This document shows positions 34,872 to 44,547 of a stretch of DNA of 64,000 nucleotides, piece by piece. This stretch comes from Bacteroidales bacterium UBA4181 (GTDB lineage Bacteria; Bacteroidota; Bacteroidia; Bacteroidales; UBA4181), in the NCBI GenBank assembly GCA_002380425.1, contig DFUR01000013.1:554-64553 (forward strand). Direction: 5' to 3'. Within the stretch, counting starts at the first letter, position 1. Every line of letters begins with the position of its first letter. The notes under the pieces are model-generated. The model saw only the letters and a program-made list of their open reading frames with translations. It did no database searches and was not told where the DNA came from. Both the position numbers and the translations under genes were made by a program.

Positions 34872-36803
34872 ATGTGCGGTATTTCGGGTATGCTTTGCCG
34901 GGGAAATCAGACGGTTTCTCTCCAAGCCATTCAGACGTTTAACAATTTGCTGTACCACCGGGGTCCGGATAGCGAGGGCTACTGGATAGACCGGGACGGA
35001 CGGGCTGCCTTAGGGCACCGAAGGTTGTCCATTCTGGACCTCTCCGATGCTGGCAAACAGCCGATGACCAGCACGGATGGCCGCTGGGTGATGGAGTTCA
35101 ACGGTGAGATTTATAATTTCATAGAGTTGCGCACGGAACTTGCTGGGAAAGGATATTCATTTTCTTCTGACGGCGATGCCCAGGTGTTGCTGGCCGCCTG
35201 GCAGGAGTGGGGGGCTTCGGTAATGCAACGGCTTAACGGAATGTGGGCCCTTGCTTTTTACGACGTATTGCAGGGAGAATTATTCTTGTTCCGGGATCGC
35301 TTCGGCATCAAGCCTCTGTATTATTTTCAGGATGATTCCCGGTTTTTGTTTGCTTCTGAGGTGACCGCCATCCACAAGTTCGTTGGTAATGTTTTAACGA
35401 TCAACCGGATGGTTGTTGCCTCTCTTTTGGAGGGAAACGGCTCTTACCACGGAACAGACCAGACCTTTCTCAATGAGGTGCGCAGCTTGCCCGGAGGGCA
35501 CATGCTGCACTGGAAAGATGGAGCCTGTACGGTTAGTGAGTACTATTCCATCCCCGTTGTCCAGGTTCCCCGCAGTTTTCGGGAACAGGCTGCCCAACTT
35601 AGGGAACTGCTCTTTGATGCGGTGAAGATAAGGCTCAGGAGTGATGTGCCGGTGGCCACCTGTTTGTCGGGTGGCGTGGACAGCGGGAGCATCGCCTCCA
35701 TCATTGCCGAGATGAATCATGAGGCACAGGATCGCTTCAGTCACTTTTCCCACCGGGCTTTTTGTGCCTCTTTTAAGGGCTCGCCCATTGATGAAACGGC
35801 CGATGCGGAGCGGATTGCCCGGCAAAAGCAGCTCACCCTGGATGTGCTTCCCATTCTGCCGCCCTCAACTGAAGAACTCGAAACAGCTCTGGAACAATGT
35901 GACGGGCCTATGTACGCTCTGGCGTTTTATCCCATCTGGAAGCTTTACGGATACATCAAACAGCAAGGAATCACGGTTACTCTGGATGGTCAGGGGCCGG
36001 ATGAAATGCTGGGGGGGTACAATCCTTTGTACGAAGCATTGTGCGGGGCCTGGCAAAGCAGAAATCTGCCCCTGATGGCCGATGTGTATCGTACCTATGC
36101 TGCACAGGGAGAATCCAGTCAATTCAGCGCAAAGGCCCATGCCCGCAGGGAACTCAGAAGATTTCTGAGGTACCGTTGGCTGATGCTGGGTCAGATATAC
36201 CGCCGTCCATTGAAAAAAACTCTGTCATGGTTGCATTTGTATCATTATCCTGCCGCACGGGCGCAAAGTGATGGGCTCCGTCCGGCAAGGCGCACCGCTC
36301 ATTTTCAAAATGCATTGGACAAGCATCTTTTTGCTGCATTCTTTCAGTATCCTCTTCCCGGTATTCTCAATCAATATGACCGCTGTTCCATGGCGCACGG
36401 AGTGGAGTGCCGGATGCCCTTTATGGACTATCGGGTGGTAGAATTTGTGTTTTCGCTGCCAGCTTCGTCCAAGGTGGGCGGAGGCTATACTAAGCGGGTG
36501 CTGCGTGAGGCCATGAAGGGATTGCTGCCCGATGAAACCCGCCTCAACAAGCGTAAGACGGGCTTTAATGCACCGATTGTGGATTGGTATCTGGGGCCCC
36601 TCAGGGAGTGGATGCTTTCCCAGATGGACCAGCCTTCCTTCCTGAACAATCCATATTTTAACGGGGCTGAAGTGCGGAAAGAGTTCGGCAATCTTGTTGC
36701 TGGAGACATACAGAATTGGGACCATTCCTGGAAGTTCTGGCCCTATGTACACCTTAACTGGTGGATGAACCGAATTCAAAAATATGGTCAAAATGGCAAA
36801 TAA
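34872..36803 (+). CDS. Asparagine synthase (glutamine-hydrolysing)-type amidotransferase
   Basis: 'MCGISGML' provides the N-terminal Cys nucleophile. 'HRGPDSEGYW' and 'SGGVDSGSIASI' (PP-loop SGGxDS) are also present. 643 aa. Confidence 0.9.
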   Translation: MCGISGMLCRGNQTVSLQAIQTFNNLLYHRGPDSEGYWIDRDGRAALGHRRLSILDLSDAGKQPMTSTDGRWVMEFNGEIYNFIELRTELAGKGYSFSSDGDAQVLLAAWQEWGASVMQRLNGMWALAFYDVLQGELFLFRDRFGIKPLYYFQDDSRFLFASEVTAIHKFVGNVLTINRMVVASLLEGNGSYHGTDQTFLNEVRSLPGGHMLHWKDGACTVSEYYSIPVVQVPRSFREQAAQLRELLFDAVKIRLRSDVPVATCLSGGVDSGSIASIIAEMNHEAQDRFSHFSHRAFCASFKGSPIDETADAERIARQKQLTLDVLPILPPSTEELETALEQCDGPMYALAFYPIWKLYGYIKQQGITVTLDGQGPDEMLGGYNPLYEALCGAWQSRNLPLMADVYRTYAAQGESSQFSAKAHARRELRRFLRYRWLMLGQIYRRPLKKTLSWLHLYHYPAARAQSDGLRPARRTAHFQNALDKHLFAAFFQYPLPGILNQYDRCSMAHGVECRMPFMDYRVVEFVFSLPASSKVGGGYTKRVLREAMKGLLPDETRLNKRKTGFNAPIVDWYLGPLREWMLSQMDQPSFLNNPYFNGAEVRKEFGNLVAGDIQNWDHSWKFWPYVHLNWWMNRIQKYGQNGK

Positions 36804-37959
36804 TCCTGCTCTGGTTGTTCCTGCTTTCAATCGTCCGGCCAGCCTGTCGCGGCTCCTTGATGCTCTTGCCAAGGCACATTATGATGTCCCGCCTGTTCTG
36901 ATTATCAGCATTGATTATTCTGTGGACTACACTTCGGTGTTGCAAACTCTGGCGCAGAGCTTTCTCTGGCACGGGGAGAAGAAAGTGGTAGTTCATCAGC
37001 AAAACATGGGGCTTAAGAACCATATTTTGTGGTGTGCCTCACTTTCTGAGCAATATGGAGCTGTGATTGTTCTGGAGGATGACCTCATGGTTTCTCCCTG
37101 GTTCTACCACTATGCATTAAGTGCTCTTGAGGATACTGATGGCTCTGAAGACGTTGCGGGGATATCCCTGTATGCCCCTTCGTTCAACGAATCAGCTTTT
37201 TTGCCATTCCATCCTCTGATGACAGGTTCCGGGTACTACCTCATGCAGTTGCCTTGTTCCTGGGGGCAGATATGGACGAGGGAACAATACCGGGGTTTTG
37301 CTCAGTGGTACCAAACCGATTTTCGAGAGTCTGATATGGACTTTCTTCCCGATGGAATCAGGGAATGGTCCGCGCAGTCCTGGAAGAAAATCTTTATTTT
37401 GTATCTGCAACAAACCCGTCGTTTCTTCGCCTATCCATATACGTCTTTTTCACAGAATATGAACGAACCGGGCACCCATGTTCGCTCGTGTGACAAGACA
37501 TTCCACAACACATTATCTCTGGGTTTTCGTCCTTTGGGCCCATTTCTGCCCGAACAGGCACCCAGATACGATGCATCGGGAAACCTGCTTCCTGATTATT
37601 TGCTCGCCCACTGTCCTGCATTGAACGATTTTCGGTTCGAGGTAGATTTGTATGGAAAGAAGTTGCACAATTATGATGAAGATCAGTGGGTGCTGACCTG
37701 TTTGCCCTGTGAGTCCTATGTCTGGTCATTTGCTCTGGACCTGTTTCCCCCGGAAGTGAACCTCATGATGGGACAGGAGGGAATCGGTTTATTTCTGACA
37801 CGCAAACGGCACATACGTTCGAACTCATATCCCCGGGAGTTGATTCGCTACTTCTATCCCGTTCCTGGGTGGTACGGTGCTTATTTTGCCCCCCCCATCA
37901 GGGAGATGCTGAAATCCTTCTTTCCCAGGTTGTTGCATAAGCTCTTTTGTCGTCGGTGA
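36793..37959 (+). CDS. GT-A glycosyltransferase with an EDD motif, GnT-I (GT13)-like
   Basis: 'ALVVPAFNRPASLSRLLDAL...VLIISIDY' and 'AVIVLEDDLMVSPWFYHY' resemble the GnT-I 'VVVEDDLEVAPDFF' region. It contains a C8 tract at 37889..37896. Confidence 0.5.
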   Translation: MANNPALVVPAFNRPASLSRLLDALAKAHYDVPPVLIISIDYSVDYTSVLQTLAQSFLWHGEKKVVVHQQNMGLKNHILWCASLSEQYGAVIVLEDDLMVSPWFYHYALSALEDTDGSEDVAGISLYAPSFNESAFLPFHPLMTGSGYYLMQLPCSWGQIWTREQYRGFAQWYQTDFRESDMDFLPDGIREWSAQSWKKIFILYLQQTRRFFAYPYTSFSQNMNEPGTHVRSCDKTFHNTLSLGFRPLGPFLPEQAPRYDASGNLLPDYLLAHCPALNDFRFEVDLYGKKLHNYDEDQWVLTCLPCESYVWSFALDLFPPEVNLMMGQEGIGLFLTRKRHIRSNSYPRELIRYFYPVPGWYGAYFAPPIREMLKSFFPRLLHKLFCRR

Positions 37960-38747
37960 TGACCACCCTCTATACCACCTTTTACGATGAGCAAAACCCG
38001 GTGCGGAAAGCCGAGTTGCTTCGGGCTGTGGAGTTAAACCTGAAGTGTTCGGCTATTGACCGGATTGTGGTGCTTAACGAAAGCAACCATCACTGGAGCG
38101 ATGGCCATTTGGAAAGTATCGCAGTCAGTAGGCGACCCAGTTATGAGGACTATTTCCGCATCATCAATGAACGGAGCGGACCGGACGATATCCACATCAT
38201 TGCCAATACCGATATCTTCTTTGATGAGCGCATTGGGGTGCTGCACCATCTGAACTGGGCCGATACCTGTCTGGCCCTGACCCGATGGAATGTCCGGGAG
38301 GATGCTTCTGTGGCTTTGTTCGAACGGAACGACAGTCAGGATGTATGGGTTTTCAAGGGCCCGGTGAAACCGGTAACAGGGGATTTTCCCATTGGGGTGC
38401 CCTTTTGTGACAACCGTATTCTGTATGAATTGCTCCGGGCAGGATACAGGGTGCTCAATCCGGCCTTCAGTATTCGGTGTTATCACTTACATGCAGGGGT
38501 GCGGCAGGAATATGACAAGGCAACGCTCCAGGTCTATGTGGAAGAACCTTACCGCTACTTGTTTCCCCACAATCTGTTCAGTCTGTTTGGAACGTTGTGG
38601 TTCAATTTGCGCCATCGTCCCGGAGTGCTGTCCTATCGTTATGACCTGAAAAAAGCCAATCGCTGGTGGGCCGTGAGGCTGTTGCGTTTTGCTTACACCC
38701 GGCTGACCGGAAACGCCTTTCCCCTCCTGGGATATCCGCCTCGCTGA
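37959..38747 (+). CDS. Uncharacterised protein (possible GT-A-like transferase)
   Basis: 262 aa. The only cue is a DxD-like 'IIANTDIFFDE' following a beta-alpha-like N-terminus. TGATG overlap with the upstream gene. Confidence 0.3.
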   Translation: MTTLYTTFYDEQNPVRKAELLRAVELNLKCSAIDRIVVLNESNHHWSDGHLESIAVSRRPSYEDYFRIINERSGPDDIHIIANTDIFFDERIGVLHHLNWADTCLALTRWNVREDASVALFERNDSQDVWVFKGPVKPVTGDFPIGVPFCDNRILYELLRAGYRVLNPAFSIRCYHLHAGVRQEYDKATLQVYVEEPYRYLFPHNLFSLFGTLWFNLRHRPGVLSYRYDLKKANRWWAVRLLRFAYTRLTGNAFPLLGYPPR

Positions 38748-38748
38748 T

Positions 38749-39756
38749 ATGAAGCACTTGTTGAAAAAATCACTGTCCGCAACCCTGCCACATCTGCCCG
38801 TTTCGTGGCTGATCAGGATGGCTCCCGGCCCCTTGTTCCCCTATTATCATCTGGTGTCCGATGTTCCTCCCGTGTACATGCAGGGCTCGTATCCGGTGGC
38901 TTCGGTGCAGGTGTTCGAACGTAACCTGGACTTTTTGTTGCGGCATTGGAAACCGGTTTCTCTGGAAGATATCCTGGGATGGGTGCGGGAAGGAGCTCCA
39001 GTTCCTCAGGGTGTGTTTCATCTAACCTTCGATGACGGTTTCCGGGAGGTCTATGATGTGGTGTTCCCAGTGCTGAAGCGAAAGGGGATTCCTGCCACGA
39101 CCTTTGTTTGCAGTGACTTACTTGAACCAGGGATTTGGATGTGGGAACATGAACGTGCCTTGGTAGTCAGAGCCGCAAAAGAGGCTGACAAACAGATACT
39201 CCAATCGCTTTCAGTTGCATTAAATTGCATTTCCGGTTATGAGTTGCAGACGCTGAGCGCGGTGGATTATGAGCACCGGGGGGCGTTGTCGCGTGCGGCG
39301 GATTGTTTGCATCTGGATTTATCCACTCTGGCCCGGGAGCATTCCCCGTACCTTGCTGAAGGCCACATCCGGGAGATGATTGCCTCTGGATTTACCTTCG
39401 GGTCTCACGCTCTGGACCACCCTTTGTTTCAGAACCTCACTCTGGAACATCAATTGGCGCAGATATCTCAGAGCGTTCGGGCAATATGCGAACGGTTTGG
39501 CCTGCCCTATAAAGTTTTTGCCTTCCCCTATGGAGAATCGGGGTTGTCTCCGGAGTTATTCTCCCGTATCTTTGGGGAGGGTCTGGTGGACATCTGCTGG
39601 GGTACCCGGGGGATGTTGCCCGATGAATATCCAGGGGTGATTCAGCGTCTTTGGATGGAGGTTCCGGGAGGGGCTGTCTCTTGCGCGATCCGGCAGGAGC
39701 TGACCCGTAAAGTGATTCGTAAGCTGGTCCATAATGATAAGGTTACACGAAAATAA
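38749..39756 (+). CDS. Polysaccharide deacetylase (CE4 / NodB homology domain)
   Basis: 'FHLTFDDGFREVYDVVFPVLKRKGIPATTFV' (TFDDG motif 1) and 'FGSHALDHP' (His motif). Confidence 0.8.
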   Translation: MKHLLKKSLSATLPHLPVSWLIRMAPGPLFPYYHLVSDVPPVYMQGSYPVASVQVFERNLDFLLRHWKPVSLEDILGWVREGAPVPQGVFHLTFDDGFREVYDVVFPVLKRKGIPATTFVCSDLLEPGIWMWEHERALVVRAAKEADKQILQSLSVALNCISGYELQTLSAVDYEHRGALSRAADCLHLDLSTLAREHSPYLAEGHIREMIASGFTFGSHALDHPLFQNLTLEHQLAQISQSVRAICERFGLPYKVFAFPYGESGLSPELFSRIFGEGLVDICWGTRGMLPDEYPGVIQRLWMEVPGGAVSCAIRQELTRKVIRKLVHNDKVTRK

Positions 39757-39757
39757 G

Positions 39758-41773
39758 ATGCCCCTGATTTCCATCATTATTCCTCATTACAACCGTTCCG
39801 GCCTGATTGGTGCCACCCTGCAGTCGGTTTACAACCAAACCATGAGCGATTGGGAGGTGATTATTGTGGATGACGGTTCCACTCCTGAGGAATATTCCTT
39901 GTTGCAGTCTCATGCTGACGAGCGGGTGCGGATTCTGCAGCGGGAGGATGCTCCAAAGGGGCCCTCCCGGTGCCGCAATATTGGGCTGAGCCTTGCCAAA
40001 GGGAAGTATGCGCTGTTCCTGGATTCCGATGACTTGCTGGAATCCACTTCCCTTGTCGGCCGTTACAGCCGGGCGCAGCAATACCCTTCGCTGGATATGT
40101 GGGTGTTTCATTACGCCAATTTTCGGGAGGTTCCCGGGGATGTGAATGAGCCTTGGCGAAGGCTTGACCCTACCATCAATCATTTGGAACACTTTCTCAC
40201 CCTGGATGCACCCTGGTGTGTCACCTCCTGTTTGTGGAACACCGAGCGGTTGCGCGCTTTGGGTGGGTTTAACGAACGGATATGGTACGGGGATGATGCG
40301 GAGTTGCACATCCACGCTCTTTTGGAAGGATACCGCTTTAAGGAGTTTCCCGAGGTTACGGCAGATTGTTTTGTGCGGCGCAGCGAGATACCGAGAACCA
40401 CCAATGAATTGTCTGAGGGAATGATTCATTCCCGCCTGCTCTATCTGGATGAAGTATGGTCTTTGATGGAGAAGTATCCCAATGTTGAAAGGAACCGCAG
40501 ATGGTGGGAAACCGCCTATTTTGCCGAGGCTGAGTTCTTGATTTTCAAACGTCAGTACCGGAGTCTTGTGGCGGTTTGGTTGCACATGCTGGAACGTTTT
40601 TCCTGGTGGAAAGCCTCGGCCATCTGCTGGTACACCGGGGTGGGGGCAGGGCTGCATGCGTGTAGCCCGCTGGCGTACAGATTGTGGCGGAAACTACACA
40701 TCATTCTTTCCTCCGAGCGGTTCTTTATGTGGACGCAGCGACGCAGCGCCGAGCATACCAACTTGCAGTGGGCTGCCATGCAGGACAGCCTGAATCTGCT
40801 CCGGCAAAGGGCCTCGGAGTCGTCATCAGATTATCTGCTGGGTGTTTTGCCTTCACGGCCCAAGATTAAATTGTGGTTCACAGATTTCTGGGGCGGGTTT
40901 GACCCCCGGTGCAACTGGTTTCTCACATTTTTGGCTCCGCATTTCGACATTGAGCTTTCAGAGCATCCGGATTTTTTGATTTATTCCTGCTACGGAACGA
41001 ATTTTCTGCGTTATTCCTGTGTCCGTATCTACTTTACCGCTGAGAATATCCGCCCCGATTACCGGTTTTGTGATTATTCTTTTTCCTTCGATTTCTCCAA
41101 GGACCCCCGCAACTATCGTCTTCCTCTTTATCGCCTGTATTTTACCGAGCAACAATTGCTTGCCCCAAGGATGGCAGAGCCGTCCCTGTTCAGCGGGCGG
41201 AAATTCTGCAATATGGTGGTGAGCAACGCCCATGCACGCGAACGGCTAGATTTTTTTCGGTTGCTGAATGCCCGTTCAAAAGTGGACTCAGGGGGCAGAA
41301 CGCTGAACAACATCGGGGGAGCCGTGGAGAACAAAAGGACTTTTGTGCATCAGTACCGTTTTACCATTGCCTTTGAAAACAGTTCGCACCCCGGTTATCT
41401 TACCGAGAAACTCTTTGAGCCCTGGGTGGAACACAGTGTTCCCATTTATTGGGGCGACCCCAGAGTAGAGGATGAGATCAACCCGGAATGTTTCATCAAT
41501 GTGATGAATTATTCTTCATTTGAGGAGGCTGTGGAGGATATCATGAGAATCAATCAGTCTCCCAGGCTCTATTTAAACTATCTCCAGGCTCCCTTGTTTC
41601 GGAACAATGTTATGCCCGATTACCTGACGGACGAACAAATTCTGAGGCGTTTTGCCGAGATCTTTGGCATCGGGACCCGGATTGTCAGGGCTGCGGCATG
41701 GTGGCATCCCCTGTATTATTATGTCCGCAAACTCAAAGGGGGTTCCCGGCTTATCAAGATGGATTTACGCTGA
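39758..41773 (+). CDS. Two-domain glycosyltransferase: N-terminal GT2 fused to a C-terminal GT10 (alpha-1,3/4-fucosyltransferase-like) domain
   Basis: The GT2 domain has 'ISIIIPHYNRSGLIGATLQSVYNQTMSDWEVIIVDDGSTPEE' and 'FLDSDDLL'. The GT10 domain has 'KLWFTDFWGGFD', 'IYFTAENIRPD' and 'YRFTIAFENSSHPGYLTEKLFE', which is the FxxxFENSxxxxYxTEK motif. Confidence 0.8.
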   Translation: MPLISIIIPHYNRSGLIGATLQSVYNQTMSDWEVIIVDDGSTPEEYSLLQSHADERVRILQREDAPKGPSRCRNIGLSLAKGKYALFLDSDDLLESTSLVGRYSRAQQYPSLDMWVFHYANFREVPGDVNEPWRRLDPTINHLEHFLTLDAPWCVTSCLWNTERLRALGGFNERIWYGDDAELHIHALLEGYRFKEFPEVTADCFVRRSEIPRTTNELSEGMIHSRLLYLDEVWSLMEKYPNVERNRRWWETAYFAEAEFLIFKRQYRSLVAVWLHMLERFSWWKASAICWYTGVGAGLHACSPLAYRLWRKLHIILSSERFFMWTQRRSAEHTNLQWAAMQDSLNLLRQRASESSSDYLLGVLPSRPKIKLWFTDFWGGFDPRCNWFLTFLAPHFDIELSEHPDFLIYSCYGTNFLRYSCVRIYFTAENIRPDYRFCDYSFSFDFSKDPRNYRLPLYRLYFTEQQLLAPRMAEPSLFSGRKFCNMVVSNAHARERLDFFRLLNARSKVDSGGRTLNNIGGAVENKRTFVHQYRFTIAFENSSHPGYLTEKLFEPWVEHSVPIYWGDPRVEDEINPECFINVMNYSSFEEAVEDIMRINQSPRLYLNYLQAPLFRNNVMPDYLTDEQILRRFAEIFGIGTRIVRAAAWWHPLYYYVRKLKGGSRLIKMDLR

Positions 41774-41778
41774 AAAAC

Positions 41779-42693
41779 ATGCTCGCGCTCACAGATTATT
41801 GCCGCTACAACGAATCTCTCAAGCCATCTCTGGTGTTTCGCCTCGGTGCGGATGCTGGTTTCTTTTCGGAGATCAACAATATGCTTCTGGCCCAGTTGTA
41901 CTGTCTGGACCAGGGGATCAGGTTCCGTTTGTATGCTCGGGGAGCACAGTTTTCACCGGAGGGTTGGACCGGATTTTTCGAGCCATTTTGTACTGAGAGT
42001 AGCTGCACATTTCACCGTCACTACAATGTCAGGGATATTGGCCGTTCCAGAGTTTGGGCTCTGTACAGCAGAATCCGGCCACTCTTGGGCTGGCCCCTGC
42101 TAACCCAGGATGTGTGGATACAACTCCGGGAACCGGAGCGCTTGCGGTACAGTCTGCCTTTCCCCGGTTGGGAGGACATTTCCCTCAGGGATGCTCTGCG
42201 GGAGTTGTTCCGGATGATATGGCGTTACAATACAGCTACATCCGAAGCTGTTCATGCCCTGATACAGTCGTTGTCCATGCCGGAACACTATCTGGGTATG
42301 CACATCCGGGCGGGCGATAAAAACACTGAGCATCCCCTTATGGAGGCCTCTGTGTATATCGAGAAAGCTGAGAAGGTGTCTTCGTTGCGTCATGCTTTTG
42401 TCCTTACCGATGATTATGATGTGTTTTCGCACCTGAGTCAGCATTACCCGGACTGGACCTTTTACACCCTTTGCCAGCCATCAGAAAAGGGATATTTTCA
42501 TCGTTCTCTGGGCGCACAGGGGGCCGAAAAAGTCCGGGACAGCCACCTTCGCTTGCTGGCTTCCTCGGATATCCTGGAGCGTAGTGAACATTTTATAGGT
42601 ACCTTTAGCTCCAATCCGGGCATGAATATGGGCATCCGAATGCAACCCGGGCAGTGTCACGGCGTGGATTTTGAAAACTGGCGAATATGGTGA
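41779..42693 (+). CDS. Fucosyltransferase-superfamily-like protein (GT11/GT23/GT65-type HxRxGD motif)
   Basis: 'LGADAGFFSEINNMLLAQLYC', 'LGMHIRAGDK' and 'DILERSEHFIGTFSSNPGMNMG' resemble FUT8/NodZ/FutC motifs I-III. ATG at 41779. Confidence 0.5.
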   Translation: MLALTDYCRYNESLKPSLVFRLGADAGFFSEINNMLLAQLYCLDQGIRFRLYARGAQFSPEGWTGFFEPFCTESSCTFHRHYNVRDIGRSRVWALYSRIRPLLGWPLLTQDVWIQLREPERLRYSLPFPGWEDISLRDALRELFRMIWRYNTATSEAVHALIQSLSMPEHYLGMHIRAGDKNTEHPLMEASVYIEKAEKVSSLRHAFVLTDDYDVFSHLSQHYPDWTFYTLCQPSEKGYFHRSLGAQGAEKVRDSHLRLLASSDILERSEHFIGTFSSNPGMNMGIRMQPGQCHGVDFENWRIW

Positions 42694-43565
42694 TGGATTC
42701 AACCCCGGTAGTTTCGGTTCTGGTTACGGTGTACAACCGTGCACGGTATTTGGAAGCATGTCTGGAAAGCATTCGTGAATCAACATACCCTCATTGGGAG
42801 GCCGTGGTTGTGGATGATGGCTCCTCTGACGAGTCTCTGATGATTGCCCGGCAGTTTGCTGCAGTGGACCCTCGCTTCAGAGTGTTCTGCAACGAAGCAA
42901 ACCTGGGAGATTATCCCAACCGAAACCGGGCGGCTTCCCTGGCTCTGGGAAAGTATCTTAAGTACCTTGATGCAGACGACATGCTCTATCCCCATGCCCT
43001 GGGGATATTCGTGGAGGAAATGGAACGATTTCCTCAGGCGGCCCTGGGTATTTCCCAGCAAGTGGTTGAAGATGTGCTTCCCTATCCGTTCCTGATGACT
43101 CCACATGAAACCTACCGACGCGAGTTCCTGTGCCGCGGGGTGCTGGGCGTAGGACCGACCGGGACCATCATCCGGCGGGATTGTTTTGAAGCCCTCGGTG
43201 GCTTTAGCATCCAGCGACACATCGGAGACACAGATATGTGGCTGAGGCTTTCGGCACAATATCCGGTACTGAAACTCAATGCCTGTCTCACCTTTTGGCG
43301 CCGGCACGAGGGCCAGGAGATTGTGGCAGAGGACAGGAATCTTTCGGTTCGGCGGGTGCGATATGACCATTTGTTGCAGATGCTTCGGTCGGAGCACTGC
43401 CCCCTGAATGAAAGCGAAAGGACAGAAGCCATGAGAAGGGTACATCGCAGATATGCCCGTTTTCTGGTCCGTCTGGCATTGAAAAATGGCCCTTTGGGAG
43501 AGACCTCCCGTCTGAGTAAGGGAATGGGGGGTTGGATGAAAATTTTGCGTTATGCCTGGACATAA
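42687..43565 (+). CDS. GT2-family glycosyltransferase
   Basis: 'VSVLVTVYNRARYLEACLESIRESTYPHWEAVVVDDGSSDES' and 'YLDADDML'. Confidence 0.85.
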   Translation: MVMDSTPVVSVLVTVYNRARYLEACLESIRESTYPHWEAVVVDDGSSDESLMIARQFAAVDPRFRVFCNEANLGDYPNRNRAASLALGKYLKYLDADDMLYPHALGIFVEEMERFPQAALGISQQVVEDVLPYPFLMTPHETYRREFLCRGVLGVGPTGTIIRRDCFEALGGFSIQRHIGDTDMWLRLSAQYPVLKLNACLTFWRRHEGQEIVAEDRNLSVRRVRYDHLLQMLRSEHCPLNESERTEAMRRVHRRYARFLVRLALKNGPLGETSRLSKGMGGWMKILRYAWT

Positions 43566-44547
43566 TTATTCAAGACACCGGTTGTCACATGGTGCAGAGC
43601 CGGTTTCGGAGCAGCCACCGGTGTCTGTAGTGGTGATTACCTATCAGTCGGCTCCCTATGTGATTCAGACACTTGAGAGCGTGTTGCAGCAAACCTATCC
43701 CAAGTTGGAACTGATTGTGTCCGATGATGCCTCGGACGATGAAACCGCTCAGTTGTGTGAGGCCTGGTTGGAGACCCACAAAGACCGTTTTGTCCGAACC
43801 CGATGGATTTCTTCGCCGCTGAATACAGGAATTCCAGCGAATTGCAACCGGGGGTGCAAAGCAGCACAGGGAGAATGGATCAAGATTATTGCGGGAGACG
43901 ATCAGTTGTTGCCTGAATGCATCACCCAAAATGTGGCCTTTGTGCGTGCTCATCCTCATGCCCGTCTGGTTTGTTCCCGCGCACTGAAGATGGACGAGCA
44001 GGGCATAGAGCTGGAAGGCTCTGAGTATTACAAAGGCGAACCCGATGCGTTGCGGGCGTGTTTCTTTTCACGGTCAGCAGGGAGACAACGCCGGTTTTAT
44101 GCCCGACATCCCATCTCCCTGGTGGCACCTTCTTTTTTTGTGAAGCGTTCTATGTTGGAACGGGTGGGCGGATTTGATGACCGGTTGCGGGTATTCGAGG
44201 ATATGTCCCTCGTGTGCCGGATTCTCAGGGCCGGCTGGAAAATTCATTGGATGGAGCAGACATCGGTACGCTACCGGATTCGGACTAGCTCCGTTTCGCG
44301 ACAGAAGAATCCGGAACGACAGGCCCGGAACCTGGAGGAACTCGAATTCATCTACCGGCACTACCGCAGGAAACATCTTCGCTGGTGGCGGCCTCTGGAC
44401 CTTTGTGCTATGACAGAGGCTTTTATAACCTTTACCTATGCTGGCCGTTGGGGAGGCAAGGGAGCCCGGTTTCTTCTGAAACTGAATCCCTACCGCTTGT
44501 ATGAGTGTTTTGTTTGCCGGATTTACCGTCAGAGGCATGACGATTAA
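43552..44547 (+). CDS. GT2-family glycosyltransferase
   Basis: 'VSVVVITYQSAPYVIQTLESVLQQTYPKLELIVSDDASDDET' and 'IAGDDQLL'. Confidence 0.85.
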   Translation: MPGHNYSRHRLSHGAEPVSEQPPVSVVVITYQSAPYVIQTLESVLQQTYPKLELIVSDDASDDETAQLCEAWLETHKDRFVRTRWISSPLNTGIPANCNRGCKAAQGEWIKIIAGDDQLLPECITQNVAFVRAHPHARLVCSRALKMDEQGIELEGSEYYKGEPDALRACFFSRSAGRQRRFYARHPISLVAPSFFVKRSMLERVGGFDDRLRVFEDMSLVCRILRAGWKIHWMEQTSVRYRIRTSSVSRQKNPERQARNLEELEFIYRHYRRKHLRWWRPLDLCAMTEAFITFTYAGRWGGKGARFLLKLNPYRLYECFVCRIYRQRHDD

